This document shows, piece after piece, positions 25,941-39,395 of a DNA stretch of 64,000 nt. The first letter of the stretch is position 1. The number at the start of each line of letters is the position of its first letter. The notes under the pieces are model-generated. The model saw only the letters and a program-made list of their open reading frames with translations, ran no database searches and was not told where the DNA came from. The position numbers and the translations under genes were made by a program. This DNA comes from Podarcis vaucheri (taxonomy: Eukaryota): NCBI GenBank assembly GCA_965113315.1, contig OZ220366.1, one strand, 5' to 3'.

Positions 25941-27980
25941 AGAGAGTTGGGTGCCCATGTAATGTGGGGTGGGGTGGGTTGTAGTGGGAAGAAATCCTAG
26001 AGAGCTGCTGAGGTTGATAGAACAAAGGAACTGACTTGGTATCAGGCAGATTCTTATGTTCTTCTGAACACTGCACATGTATTAATTCATGCTAGTATTG
26101 CATCTATAATAGCTGGAGAAACTGTCCTGATGCATTGTATGGGTCAAAATCACGAGTCATCACATGGGCTATTTCAGCTGAGTCATATTTGCTGAGAGCC
26201 TTGCATGGCTTTTTTCAAAACATGTATCCAAATCAGACACCTAGACCCAGAAATGGTATCCTTTCATACTGTGTAGCTGCTGGTGCACACACATTTAGAC
26301 CCTTTTATATTCATTGAAAGCATACCTGCAGTATGAATTCCTCATGGAATTGCCTCTCTACCAAAGGATTTGAGCTAGAGCTAGTGGCTAAGATACACTG
26401 GAAGCATCGTTGTGGTTTCTTTCCTTGACCCAGGGTGCTTCCACGCTGTCTGATTGTCAGGTGGGATTGAGTCACATACCGGCAAATTCAGGTTGCACAG
26501 TTATAGTTGGTTTTGAGATCTGGCACAACCAACCTATTTCCCCCAAGGAACAAGCAGTTGAATGTGTGGAAGAACATAATATCCCTGCAAACAGATCAGA
26601 ATAAATTCTCATTTAAATAGCCAACTTCATCTAATTTCCCTGCAAACAAATCAGGACTAATGATCAGTAAACCTACCTTGGAAATGTTTCTTTAAGCACA
26701 GCTGAATTCAGAAGCTGCTCTGATCTGCAGGACTTGTTGGTTCCTCAAGGAGGCGCTCAAGATCTAATTATTAAATATAATGTAAAAGCTTCCTTGCAGT
26801 TGGTTTTACTGAGCCATGCATGACCAGAACCTTTAGATGTCACTTTCGTTTGGACCTTTTTATTCAGAGTTTGTCGTTTTTAGTTCTATTTAGACACGAC
26901 AGCCTTAATGCATCTCTCTTCATCTCTGCCTCCTTCTAGGAACCTCATTTGGAGAAATGAATCTAGTCATTTTCTCATTTAAGTATCAAAGCTATGGAAA
27001 CTGTTCAGCTCTGTTCATAATTTGGCCTTCTGGGTTTCCCTGACAACCAGAAACATATTTCCTTCCTGCCCCCCCTTTCCTTTTTACTAATAATGTAAAT
27101 TCACAATATGTTCTTATCTCTTATTCAACAGCAGGAGAGTAACACTGCTTTTCTTGGCTATTTCTTGTTCTGAGAATAGTTTGGGATTTGGGGCAGATAC
27201 AAAAAACAAAACAAAGACCATAGTATCTAAGTTAAGTAACCCTTCTCGTTAAATAGCACCATTCTGTCAGTTGCTGAAAGCTGAAGGTGCCTCATCAGAA
27301 AGTTGCTCCTTTGCAGCTGAACTGTGATGGATCACAGCTCTGCCCTTTGTGTATGGAGGCCTTATTCAAAATCTCAACTATAAACATAACTGCTTATCCT
27401 AATATTAAATTGCAATGGTGCAAAGGAATAGTATCTGTCTATAGCTTACCCTCAGAATTTTTTTAATCCTTTGCAGCATGTAATACAATTTTCTCTCATT
27501 AAAAAAAAATCCAGATAGTTTATTTACCACAATTAAATAAAGGTATAAAATTGGATTTTTAAAAAATCACTTTGTGGACTCTCACAGGGAACTTGAAAAC
27601 ACTTTCTGGAGCTTGCCTGATCCTCCCTGTTTAATACTCTCTGTAATTTTTGCACCTTCTGATATTGCAACTCTTATTCGACAGCCAAAGATGGAAGGAC
27701 CCTGAGGTCAATCCATCATTAAATAAAACTTCCAGGAAAACATAATCACCTGACAGCAACCCAAGAGCTGCCATGTCCAGTGTTTGTTTGATATTACATA
27801 TAACATAATCAGCACTGGGAGAACAGTCAATCGGAGGCTCACGTCATGATACATACACTTCACTTCATTCTGAAGTGACATCGGTTAGGGCTGACATATT
27901 TACCAGCACTTCTCAGAGAGTACTGTAATTGGCACCGTGAATTTGAAGTCACTGAATTGTTTATCTCTCACTGATAACCT

Positions 27981-28109
27981 GTGTATCTGAAGAAGTGTGC
28001 ATGCACACGAAAGCTCATACCAAGAACTAACTTAGTTGGTCTTTAAGGTGCTACTGGAAGGAATTTTTTTATTTTGACTATGGCAGACAAACACGACTAC
28101 CTATCTGCA
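27981..28109 (+). mobile_element. Short Penelope-like terminal fragment with 11-bp TSD
   Basis: Flanked by ACTGATAACCT (27970-27980 / 28110-28120). Body ctgaagaagtg...gaaagctcatac...ttagttggtct.taaggtgctactgga resembles reptile Penelope pLTRs. Confidence 0.8.
27983..28020 (+). ncRNA. Minimal type I hammerhead ribozyme motif
   Basis: GTAT-CTGAAGA-A-[GTGTGCATGCACAC]-GAAA-GC-TC^-ATAC: core CUGANGA / GAAA / UH present, stem I GUAU:AUAC, palindromic stem II, vestigial stem III. Confidence 0.75.
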
Positions 28110-28262
28110 ACTGATAACCTACAAGCCAGCACAATTCTATGTGTGTTTACTCAGAAGGAAGCTCCATCATTCAATGGGGCTTACTCCCAGAAAACGGGGA
28201 TGTTAGTAACATTCAAATCATTTCTGAATTCCTGTTTTCTGGGCTGCTGGAAATGTTAGTTT

Positions 28263-28264
<2 letters not shown>

Positions 28265-28304
<40 letters not shown>
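28265..28304. repeat. (GT)n microsatellite
   Basis: Directly visible. Confidence 0.95.
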
Positions 28305-28305
<1 letters not shown>

Positions 28306-28574
28306 AGTGTCAGTGTCAGCATTGAGCTACATCCTTTCATTGGCTCCTTGAAAGTGTCCCCATTTTTATATAGCCTGTAAGAGCTGGGCTGTTCATTATG
28401 GTCACCCTTGAAATTATCATCGCTGTAACAAATTTTCAGTGCACTCAGCTAAAACATTTAGCATCATTCTCAATACGAAGTGGGGACATGACATAACATA
28501 GCGAGTTTACTCACATCTTCCACTGACCACCAATGTTAGTATCAATAGGGAAGATTTCCAATGAGCTAAAACTG

Positions 28575-28576
<2 letters not shown>

Positions 28577-28627
<51 letters not shown>
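28577..28627. repeat. (CT)n(CA)n microsatellite
   Basis: Directly visible. Confidence 0.95.
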
Positions 28628-28628
<1 letters not shown>

Positions 28629-30814
28629 TCTCAAAGTGGTCTCTCAGTTTCATCTATTATGGCGACACCTTTACACAGGCAGCATTTGAAGAGCATCTTC
28701 ATCTCTACAATTCTATGAATCTATGATAGCTTTAAAGGACTATGCACCAAGATTTAGGATTAGTTGATGGAAATTAATATGTAGAACCTGTCCAGTTACA
28801 CCATGGCCTGAAAGAGTAGCATTTGCATGAACAAAATGATGTCCAGTTAGATCAACAATGTAAATGGAAAAATGGCCTTGAAGTTTTAATTGATGTCACT
28901 ATCAAAGTAACTGTTACCAAAGTTTGCAGCAAGTAGATTTCCTTCTGCATGGGGTTGGAATAGATTACATTGAGGTCTCTTCCCAATCCTATGGTTCCAA
29001 GAGAGAATAAGAACTGAAGCTGAAAAAGACGACTTTCACACCACATTTTGCAATTTATTCTCTCCCCCCCCCCTTTTTCTTTTTTACTGCAATGTAGGGC
29101 AGTTTTGCTGCAGCAACAGGAGAGGGAAATGCCTTTGCCTTTTCGGCATTGGTCTACATACTTCTGTTACTTAGCAACAGCAGGGACCAAAAAGAAAGCC
29201 AAAGGATTCATAATTGCAAGTGCTTGCTGGAGGCTGAGAAAATGGAACAAGCCTGACACTCTTCATGTTGCATTTCTGCCAGCTGGAGACCAGAGTGTCC
29301 ATACTTACACAGCCTCGTTAAAAGTTGCCTATAGAATTAGATGTTTAAAAACTACTGATGGCTGTTGATCAATCAGGAAAGACTGAGCCTCATCCTGCCA
29401 AATGTTCATTTCTCTATTTTCCCCCTTGTAAGCACTTAACTGTGGCTTTAAAAATACACCTCTCTATCGCTGCAGAACTTTTGATTTGCAGCAGTGCCTC
29501 TCGTTTTCTCATTCTGACTGCGGTTGCTGACGGTATTAATTTACTCAGGAAGGTGGTCTCACCTGGTGCTGCTGGCTGAAAAGAATTTCACTTTACCTTC
29601 CCACAAAGGAAAACATTCCTTGCCAGCTAAACAGCTGTGGTTGCAGAGTCGTGCATAGGTCCTGTTGAAATCAAAATGTATATGGAAAGGAATGGTGGTA
29701 AGGATGCAAGCTCACATTAGATGGATTCTGAGTGGAGTCCAGGAAGCTCCTTTCTAGGGATAGGGCCCGAAAGAGATACACAGTTTGATGAACTTTTTTC
29801 TGCTCTCGTTCATAATGCAAACATTTGGCACCCGTTCTATCTGCAGCCTACAAAGCTTCATGAACTTTTGTGTTTCATCTATATAGGATTGCTTTGTTCA
29901 TTTCTCTTCTTCAAAAGCTTCGTTTGTCTGCTTTAGTGTTCTAAGAATGAAATATTTCTCAGTGTCTAAAGAAAGTCATTCCTTCCACATTTCTTCTGTT
30001 AAACCTATCTCCCCCCCCCCCATTCACTGACATGGGCCAAATAACAGATTCATTTGGAAGTTAATGGCATGCACTATGCAAACAAGTGCATGCATCTTGC
30101 CCATAACCCACAGGGTGAAATTCAGAGGGATTTTTAACAGTATAATTCAGCAATGCCTCGTCACTTTGCCTTTCTCCAAACAGTATAAAGGGCAACAGAA
30201 CTTTTTAAAAAAAATAATAATGGGGCATGTATGCTAACTGGGACAGTGGTGAGTAATGTGTCTATAAATGGGTTCAGCCGAGGAGTAAACATCACATGGT
30301 CTCTGGCTTAGATTCTTGTTGAGTGGGAAACATTTCATGCATCTTTGGGCATACAGCACACAATTGCTTGTTCTCCGCTGGAGAATATTTAAAGAACCTT
30401 AGCCTAATGCCAGTCATGTAATTGCATGTAAAGGCCGTGAGTGAGGTCGCAAGGACAAAGGGCTTGAAAGTGGCATACTAAGCACTGCTAATACAACGTC
30501 CACCATCTCCCTCTGCGTGTATGAATCTTAAAGTCAGTGTTTAATTACATGACAGACACAGCCAGCCAAGACATGTAGCCTGGAAGTAACCTACCCCTTT
30601 GCTTGAGATTCCCAGCACTGATGATTTCATTATACGTGGCTTCTCAAATGAGGTGCAGCAGATGGAAGTTTCAAATCTGCATTATTTTTTTAAAGAGAAC
30701 ATTAAACTCCAATCTATATGCTTTTCTTTTAAGAAAAGCAGATTTCAGCAATAACTGGAGAATACTGCCCTGTTATTGTTTTTAAATTGCCACTGACAAA
30801 TTAATATACAGTAC

Positions 30815-30945
30815 TTGAGCTCAGTTGGTTAGAGCATGGTTCAATCCCCATATGGCTCAAACCGCTGCTTATTCCTCCATTGCTGGGGGTTGGACTAGAT
30901 GCTCCTCAGGGTCCCTCCCAACCCTATAATTCTGTGATCTCTATG
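30815..30945 (+). mobile_element. SINE with tRNA-like head and CR1-type 3' tail
   Basis: agctcagttggttagagc...ggttcaatccc followed by gggttggactagatg...ggtccctcccaaccc...attctgtgat. Confidence 0.7.
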
Positions 30946-32020
30946 TTTCAGAAGAGCCATACTTTCTTAAAAGGATATGGCATTGTGTATTTCTGGAGGA
31001 ACATTGCCAGGACCACATGCTGCATTGGCTGCATGTGGTAGTTCTCTGCGTGGAACTGGCTTGCACAGCCAAACTGAGCAGTATTTACCCTGAGCAAGTG
31101 TTAAACCCTGCAACTTTGGCTGTGTGCACCAGTTTCTTCCATGGAGCCAGCGCCCACAGACAACACGTAATCAAACCCTCAGCTGATGTCACCCACCCAT
31201 CGGAGTGATGTCATCTGATTGACCGGTGAGTGGGGTTTTGAGGACATGGCCTCATGGGCAAATTAGGAACCTCCAGCAGACAGTGGAAATGACTCAAATA
31301 TTGGACAACGGAAATGACTCAAATATTGCTGGGAGTAAGGCTGCTGCCTTGAAATGGGATGCTAACAAGACACAAGGCATAGCAACCAAGCAAAGATAAT
31401 ACAGTATAATAAAACATATGTAATATATAAAACATACATATATCTCAGGCCATGAGGTTAGATTCACAGACTTTCCTGTATGCCTTTTTCTGGTTCTGTT
31501 TTGAGGCTCTGGATTGATATAATTACGTACGAAACCCTGACCCAGAATCAGGTCATCTACGAATGATTTAGCACTGGGTTCCCCCGAACAATACTGTAAT
31601 GGAAAAATGAGAAAAGCTTTTGTTATGTCAAAGTGTATTTTGGGGCATCAGTTTGCTGGTATGCTGCTATGCATTAATGAAATAATAAAAGGAAGCCCTC
31701 AGATACATGGTTATTATAGATAATCTAACTGAACCTGAAGTTCCAGATATTTATCAAGATGATATCAAGACAGCACTATTTGATGCTGCCATTTGTTAAT
31801 TGTGATGGTGATGGAGATACAAAGTCTCATACCTAGAACTTAACTAGTGGAAATTTAAAAGTGGCCCACTTTCTCTTCCAAAGGGAAGAGGTTATAGATA
31901 TTTCTACATTTACTTAGTATAGAAATAATTCAGCATAATGATCTGCTTTCTTTAAGATTCTCTGACCAATAGACAGCAACCTATTTGCACTTTGATTCGA
32001 TTCACACTTAACTGGGAGTA

Positions 32021-32259
32021 CAGTATTACCTCAGGTTACGAATGCTGCCGGTTGTGCGTTTTCGGGTTGCGGACCACGCCGAACCCAGAAGTACCGGAAC
32101 GGGTTACTTCCGAGTTTCAGCACTCACGCATGCACAGAAACACAAAATGATGCCATGCGCAGAAGCGCTGAATCACATCACGCGCATGCGCAGACGCGGT
32201 GCTGCGGGTTGCGAACGTGCCTCCCGCACAGATCACGTTCGCAACCCGAGGTATGACTG
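32021..32259. mobile_element. Tc1/mariner (Tigger/pogo-like) MITE
   Basis: CAGTATTACCTCAGGTTACGAA / TTCGCAACCCGAGGTATGACTG TIRs with TA TSDs; CpG-rich, so probably young. Confidence 0.9.
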
Positions 32260-34889
32260 TAATTACCATTGAACTCAATAGGATGAGTAGATCATGATAA
32301 GATTGCACTCTTAAGGCTATTAAACAACACAGAATGCTTATTAATAGATGCACCCTATGCTGTTTATATTTTATATATAGCACACACTACACTCTGCACT
32401 GGCAACTTTTCGCATTAATTGTTATCAAAATAGTTTACTGGCTCTTTGGGGCACATGATGTTCTTAACAGTAAGACTACAGTATTGAGCTAATAGGCACT
32501 GTGCACTTAAAACTGAGGACAAGCTCTTGCCGGTTTCAGTGTCATTTCATCCACCCACAGTTGCAAAGCTCACTCTTTAGGAGAGGAACAGCGAAGGAAC
32601 ATTTCCAAACGAAACTGCAGGGAGAATTTGTGTAGGCAGAGTGTAATTACTCAGATTGGAATGCAAGTACACTTGTGTACTCAGAATATCTCGAGCAAAA
32701 CTTTAGAAGTTTCATATGTTCTTTTGCCTTCCTTATCAACAGCAGCCTTCAGCCATTAGATTTTTATTTTTTTTAAGAGTAGATGTTCTTAGGTGTTTTA
32801 ATTGGTTTGTTGTTTGTGCATTTGCCACCCTGGGCTCCTTTTGAGAGAAAGGGAAGGATAGAAATTGAATATCACAATCATATAAAAAAACAGCATGATC
32901 AAGGCCAGCTCTACCATTGGGGAGAGTGAGCCAGCTGCCTCAATTGACAGGTGCTGGTTGGTGAGGAGTGGCAATAAAATGTTGAGGGACGGTGCTGTGT
33001 GTGTCACATGAGCTCATATAGGGCCCCTAAGCTAAACTCTAGTGTATTGTAGGGTTTTGTCTCTCCACCATTGTTGTAATAAGATCCAACTGTCATGGAA
33101 TGGGCGAGTGTCATCTTTTCCTTGCCCCCACAGGTAGCAAACATGGTATCAGACTAGGACCACAGAGACCCAGGTTCAATTTGCGATACAGCCGTGAAGT
33201 TAGTTTTGGTGATCTTGGGCCAGTTTACCTTTGTCAGCTTAACCTACCTCTCAAGATGTTAGGGTGGGGTGAGAAAACTATGTCCCCCCACCCTCAAACT
33301 CCTTGAAGCATAGTTAGGACAAAAATAATCATTGAAGATAGTAGGTCTGATCCACCAAAGCTATCTATATTCAGACATCTGGGAATGTGCCAGAAACAGC
33401 TCCCAATGCCTGAATGTTCTGAGCAGACATTTTCAGAACTTCCTTTGCATTTCTTGCTAATTGGGCCAATGAGACCAACACCCCAATCAGAAACAGGCTA
33501 CCTTAAATTCATATTGGGAGTTCTGTAAATTGTGACCCAATACATTCTCCAGCCATGTATTGTGATCGTCTAGGGATTCCACAAGCTGTCCCAAGCAATC
33601 AACATAAAAGGAGGCTTATCAAGTCCCTGAAGGATCACCCTATGTGTGGGGTGGATTACATTTAATTTTGTGGATCACAGGTTGCACAAAGCTGGAATAC
33701 AGCAATTTTTCTCCAGACTTTGAGTTCAGCTGGAACTAAGGATGCTCCCAACAGATATAAAATGTTGTCAAAAGTTAGTGAAAGAGATGCATAAATCAGA
33801 AGAAATGTTGGGTTGACAAATAATTTTTCCTTTGGATGGATGGTGCGAGTTGATAATGCATAAGGGAGAGCAGAGATTTTTATAGGACTTGTTAGTATAC
33901 GCCCCTGCTTTTGCTGATACACTGGATCATTATACTGTATTGTGAGCAATTTGTTATTGAAATGTCCCTTCTCACTTTCTTTTTTCATTTTTAGTATAAA
34001 CTTGATAAAATATTCACGAAAATCCACTCTGGGTCCAATCTACCTGTGCACAAACAGCAACTAAAACTGATTTTCTAACAGGTTTCAGATACTATCTGAG
34101 AAGAGGGGGAAATATCTGAAAGAAGAAGAGTGTGGATAAGCCAGGGACAGGGTAGTTAGAGACAGTATGCCTCTGGGTACAAGTTTACTGACACACCACA
34201 GGAGACAGATGTTGCACTTTGGTCCTGTTTCTAGTCTTCCCATAGGCATCTGGTTGGCCACTATGAAAACAGGACGCTGGACCAGATAGGCCACGGGCCT
34301 AATCCAGCAAAGCTCTTAATATGGTCTCATGGTCCAGCTCCCCACCCATGTCTCCCTTTGATGCGGAAATTAGAGACAGCTTTAAAAATGAACAGGGCTG
34401 GCATGTGAATAAACATATCTGCCTCCCCTGCTACCCCACCACCCACCATGTCTAGCTACGTCCACACAATATCACAGCAAACAATCCAATGAAAGGATAA
34501 AGCAAAATGACTCAGTGGGGTTTTGGTCTACAAGTCTCATTGGCCCCAATCCAGGGATGGGCAAGCACAATAAATGTGACTAGTAACACATTAAGAAACA
34601 AAAAAACACTAAGTGCATTTCTCATCCATACTGGATGAAATGGGTAGCTATAGTCTTGTGGGACTGTACCAACATACAAGTGTATTGGTTGAGTTACCCA
34701 TCTTTAATAGCATCCTCTTTCAGTACAAAGTTGATCTATAGATTTTCTTCCCCCACATAGCAGGAGCTTGTGAAGGTTTTATCTGACTCATGATGTTTGT
34801 CTCTATGAATAAGAATATATTGCCCTTTAGAATTCCCATGTATTTCCTCCAAAAATGCAAATGAATCTCATTTGGATTTTATTTTGCAG

Positions 34890-35260
34890 GTCTGCCAAGA
34901 CGCATATGGAGAAGCTAAATTGATTGTAATGAAGAAAGTTCACAGCAATAGTTTATATATTTATATGATGATTGTGACCATCCTAAATACAAGAAACGTC
35001 ATAGGAATATTTGCACATTTATGGACTTTCTTGTTATTGGTTTTGATTACCGTAAAGCATATGGATTATATTAGCTGCACCAAAGCATATGTGTACATAT
35101 ACACGAAGTGAATTTGATCATATAATTAGAGATAAATGTAGTATTATTTTGAAAGTAGAATTGAAATAAAACATTTTTTCAGAAAACAAGCATTCATTTT
35201 ATTCACCTTTCTGAATATGCTCAAAAGAGCATGGTAATAAATATCATAGATATGCCGAGT
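34890..35260 (+). other. SMPX: SMPX non-coding terminal (3' UTR) exon
   Basis: ttttattttgcag acceptor; tttatatatttatatgatgattgtga and ttcaccttt blocks match the recalled mammalian SMPX 3' UTR; AATAAA at 35236 (another near 35165). Confidence 0.8.
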
Positions 35261-35906
35261 ATATGCATATAAAGGTTAACATTCCATATACAATGTGTGC
35301 GCTACAGAAGAAGCTCTTTTTGCTCCTATAAATGCCAATAGGAAAGTAAATACACAGTTAAATTTTCTCATGGAAACCAGTGGCTCTTAAATACTGCTAA
35401 CTTTATTGTGCCCAGTAAATATTTTATATTCCTTAACACCTAAAAGCAGTGTCTAGACTTATTTAACATGGATAACATTTTGCTGCTTAAATAAAAAAAT
35501 CTAATGGCAAAATTGATGAAATACTATACGATAAAATTAATTGCCTGTGTTTTGAATGTATAAAATATCCATAACCTCAGGTATTGAGCCCACAAGAAGG
35601 AGCAGCTTCTGCGGCAGATCAGGGACCATAGGTTCCCCAACATCCACATTCAGATGTGCACCTGAATACCAATGTCATCTAGCCCATTTTTCTATGCTAT
35701 TTTATGCATTGGGATCAGCTTTCAGACTTGAAGTGACAGTAAATAACTGAGAGTATCGGAAATTCCATGGCTAAATGGTGGAGACTTGCACACACTAATT
35801 TAATCCCTGATATATCCAATATTAAAGGATTGCAGGCGGATGGGAGAAACTTCTGCCAAAGTACTTGTAGGGCTAACTGACGTTTGCAGCACTGAACTAA
35901 ATAGAT

Positions 35907-36181
35907 CAGTGGTTTCCAAGCTCCCCCCCCCATGGACCAATTGCTGTTGGTCCTGGTGGACCACATAAGGATTTTTCAGCCTGCTGCACAAATTGTAAAG
36001 CACTGTGCTAAACGCTGTATAATTTTTAAATTGTATTTTATTGCTTCTTTTATTTTTAATATATTGTATTTTATTATATCACATTCAAATTATAACTGTT
36101 CTTCACAGACCGACCACCTGCATGAAGCTCATAGTCCACTAGTGGACTGGTGGTCCACAGACCACAGTTCATGACCCTCTG
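35907..36181. mobile_element. hAT MITE
   Basis: CAGTGG...CTCTG termini; perfect 8-bp TSD AAATAGAT. Confidence 0.85.
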
Positions 36182-36583
36182 AAATAGATCCCTGCTTTAG
36201 CTTCCAAGTTTCATAAGCAAACCCTTTACTGCAGAATTATTACATTGGCAAACAGGTAAAAACATTTTAAGTCCTCGGGGATGAAGAAACTCAGATGTGT
36301 TGAGTAGAAAGACATCTGTTTCTGGAAAAAGAACTCTATGGTCAAAGGCAGTTATTACAGTTTGTGTCTAAAAAGAACTCTGACACTACTAATAACAGGA
36401 AGGTTTCTCTGGGTTACGATTTTAAGACCAGATCCTTAATCACAAATAGAATGCAAACATTTTTTCATACTGCGATACTAAGTGCACGATCAGAAGGTTC
36501 TTGTGTACAACCATTGCCTTACCTATTTCCTTCGAATTAAGTCCTGAGGGTGTTATCCAAATATAACAACAGTTTACATAAAG

Positions 36584-36703
36584 CAGGGACTGCCAATGTG
36601 GTGCCCTCCAGATGTTGTTGGACTACAAATCCCATGACCCCCAGTGAGCATATAATCAGGGATTATGACAGATGTAGTCCAGCAATATCTGGAAGACACC
36701 CTG
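36584..36703. mobile_element. Palindromic hAT-like MITE (relatives near 11095-11225, 39053-39190, 39407-39533)
   Basis: ccagatgttgttggactac...gtagtccagcaatatctgg inverted arms; TSD ACATAAAG/ACATAAGG. Confidence 0.75.
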
Positions 36704-39206
36704 ACATAAGGCTTCAGATCCAACTTCATTAGCAGGTGGTTTAGCAAGTGGCTTTGGAGCTGTCCATGGTTTTTTGTTTGACTTATGAGAGTTCTGACTG
36801 CCTACAGAACTGCACTGGAGATCAAGAATAGCTAAATAAATAAATAAACACTTCCCTCTGTCTTCCACTGAGGGAAAACTTACCAAGTGACACCTTCCTC
36901 TCTGGAGTAGAAAATTCATCCAACTGATTAATTCATGCAGACACTTTCTCCCAGTGGCTGACAGGACATCAAACTAGGCATGATAAAATGATACACTGCA
37001 TTCTTTATCCAGGAATAATTTCTACCATCTATCTGTATCTGTTTTAAAAAAGGGACATTTGTTTTTCATTTACTAGACTGAAACTAGAATAATAGGCTTG
37101 ATGCCAAAGATCCTTCTTCTATGTTTGTAGTTTTGCTCCCCCATCTTAAGCTGCTTCCCACACCCCAAAAAGTAGCTCCAGAGGACTGGGAGCCCCCCTG
37201 GGACATCTTTTCAGAGTGAGATGGACTGCAGAGGGGAGGAAGACAAGACTGGCACTTTCTCGAACCCCCTGGCACAAACAGAAGCATTTCTATTCAAGTC
37301 AGAGCAGAACATTGGATCCAATACACTGTTCAAAATAATACTGATAGCATTTGCCACATGCTATGCAGAAAAGCAAACATCTGATGCTTTCAGACAACAA
37401 CAACAAAATGATTTATTCTAGCGAATGCTTGGTTGACTGACAGGATTCTTTTTTACCCTTCACCATAAGGTCCCAGGGAAGGTTACAACAATAGAAAAAT
37501 GCTAGACTATTCAAGTGTAAGCCTGATTCACTGCCATGTGTGAAATATGTAGTTCCTGTACAGTGGACTGCCTTCTTCTGATGAGATAGGTATGTTGGGG
37601 GACTTTGAGTCCTACATTCAGGAGAGCAAATTTTCCACACACCTGTTTCTGATGCTGCTCTAATGAAGTTACTTTTCCATTAATAAATATTGCTCCTCAC
37701 AGCTACTATTAGCCCCACAAAACCAACTTTCATGGACACCAGTTTATGTTCCCTGTCCCACCAGACGTCAAATAAGAATGAGGGTCAATTTTTGTCATTA
37801 CCACCATGTGAGAGGAAATGCACCGAGTTCACCTTGCCTCTTCTTGTGCCTGCTATTCTTATTCTTTTATTCTTCTTACTGAAAAAATATTTACAAGAAT
37901 TGTAATGGCAAGTTCAAAACCACATTTCATTTGGTCATAACTTATGACACTGATCCTTCTTAATTATTTAATAAATGGAAACCAGCCCAAATGTACTTTT
38001 TGTCTCCCTTCATCAATCTCTGTATAATTAGTTAATTTGGACATGGAGATCAGGCTTGCATAGCTGGTACCTTGCCTCCCCCCCCCCAATGCTTTCCACA
38101 ACTTGCCAATAACCACCCACTTTATTTACAGAAGTATCTTCATTACTCCAAATGTATTGACTCACTCTAATCCAAGCCCCATTTAGCCAACCAGCTCTTA
38201 ACTTTCTCACATTCATAATTTAAGAGCATCTCATTAATTTTTGATGCCAGACCATTTTTTTTTTGTTCCAGCTGCAGCGACTTCTTTAAGGGGCATTAAT
38301 GTTTGTGTTTAAAAAATTGCAGTTGCAAAAAAAACTCCAACCGTAGGGCTCTGATTCCCATTTTGATGCTAATGACTTCATCAAAGAATCCTAGATAAAC
38401 CAAGTATAAATATCTAAAAGTGATGAATTGCCTCTGATTGGTCCCTTGAATAATTTATAGTCCCCATTTTTGTGGGGGAAGATCATTAAAAAATTCAGGG
38501 TTAATCTGTGCCAAGCTTAGTCTCTAATTACTGCACAGATTACATCTTTTTTTCTAAATTCCTGGTGGAAAAGAGGGACAATTGAATTAACCCCCCTCCC
38601 ATTAAACTCTGCAGTTTGTTACTGCCTTGGCTTTAGTCACCATCCTGTTCCATGCCCATTCATTCACTCATTCTCTTTTTTTTAATGCTCAAGGTTATTT
38701 AGGATGAATTGAAGCATGCTGTTCTTTTTCTCTCTAGCTAGGCTTGGCCTAGCAAATAATCTCTCCCGAGGTCACTTAACACTTCTAAATGTCACACAGC
38801 CATGAAAGCGCATGTGACTTGGAGCATCTGCAAGCTGCCCACATGCCCAAATGATACATGAGTGACTCAGTCTCTAAATTTTGTTGGCATCATAGTATTC
38901 TCATTTTTCTTTAGGACTCTTTCCTGCATGTATGGTGTGGCCTTACACTAGGATGTAAGGATAGAGCTTTGCTCAAAATCTGGCACCCTCTGTAAGCAAT
39001 ATTCTCAGCCTGTTTGAGTAGTGGGACTAGTAGCATGAAAGCATACTGTATAGCAGTGGTTGACAATGTTCAACATAGTCCAGGCATTGTTGGACTATGG
39101 TTTCCAGTGTACCTGACCAAGGACCATAGTGGCTGGGGCTCATGGGAGTTGTGGTCCAGCAACATCTGGAAGGCACCATTTTTCTCTACTATATATACTA
39201 TAAAGA

Positions 39207-39395
39207 GAACCAGTGTGATGTAGTGGCTTGAGTGCTAGACTAGGATCTGGAAGACCAGGGTTCAAATCCCTGTTCAGCCATAAAACTCTTAGCCTAACTT
39301 ATCTCACAGGGTTGTTGTGAGGATAACATGAAAAGAGGGTGATTCATGTACACAACCTTGAGGTCCTTGGAGGAAAGGAAGGATACAAATGAAAT
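39207..39395 (+). mobile_element. Squam3-like SINE
   Basis: ccagtgtgatgtagtgg...ggttcaaatccc...agcctaac...cacagggttgttgtgaggataa. Confidence 0.75.

Noticed and set aside
25632-26078. 148-aa ORF
   Set aside because: C-terminal remnant of L2 ORF2 fused by chance to flanking DNA.
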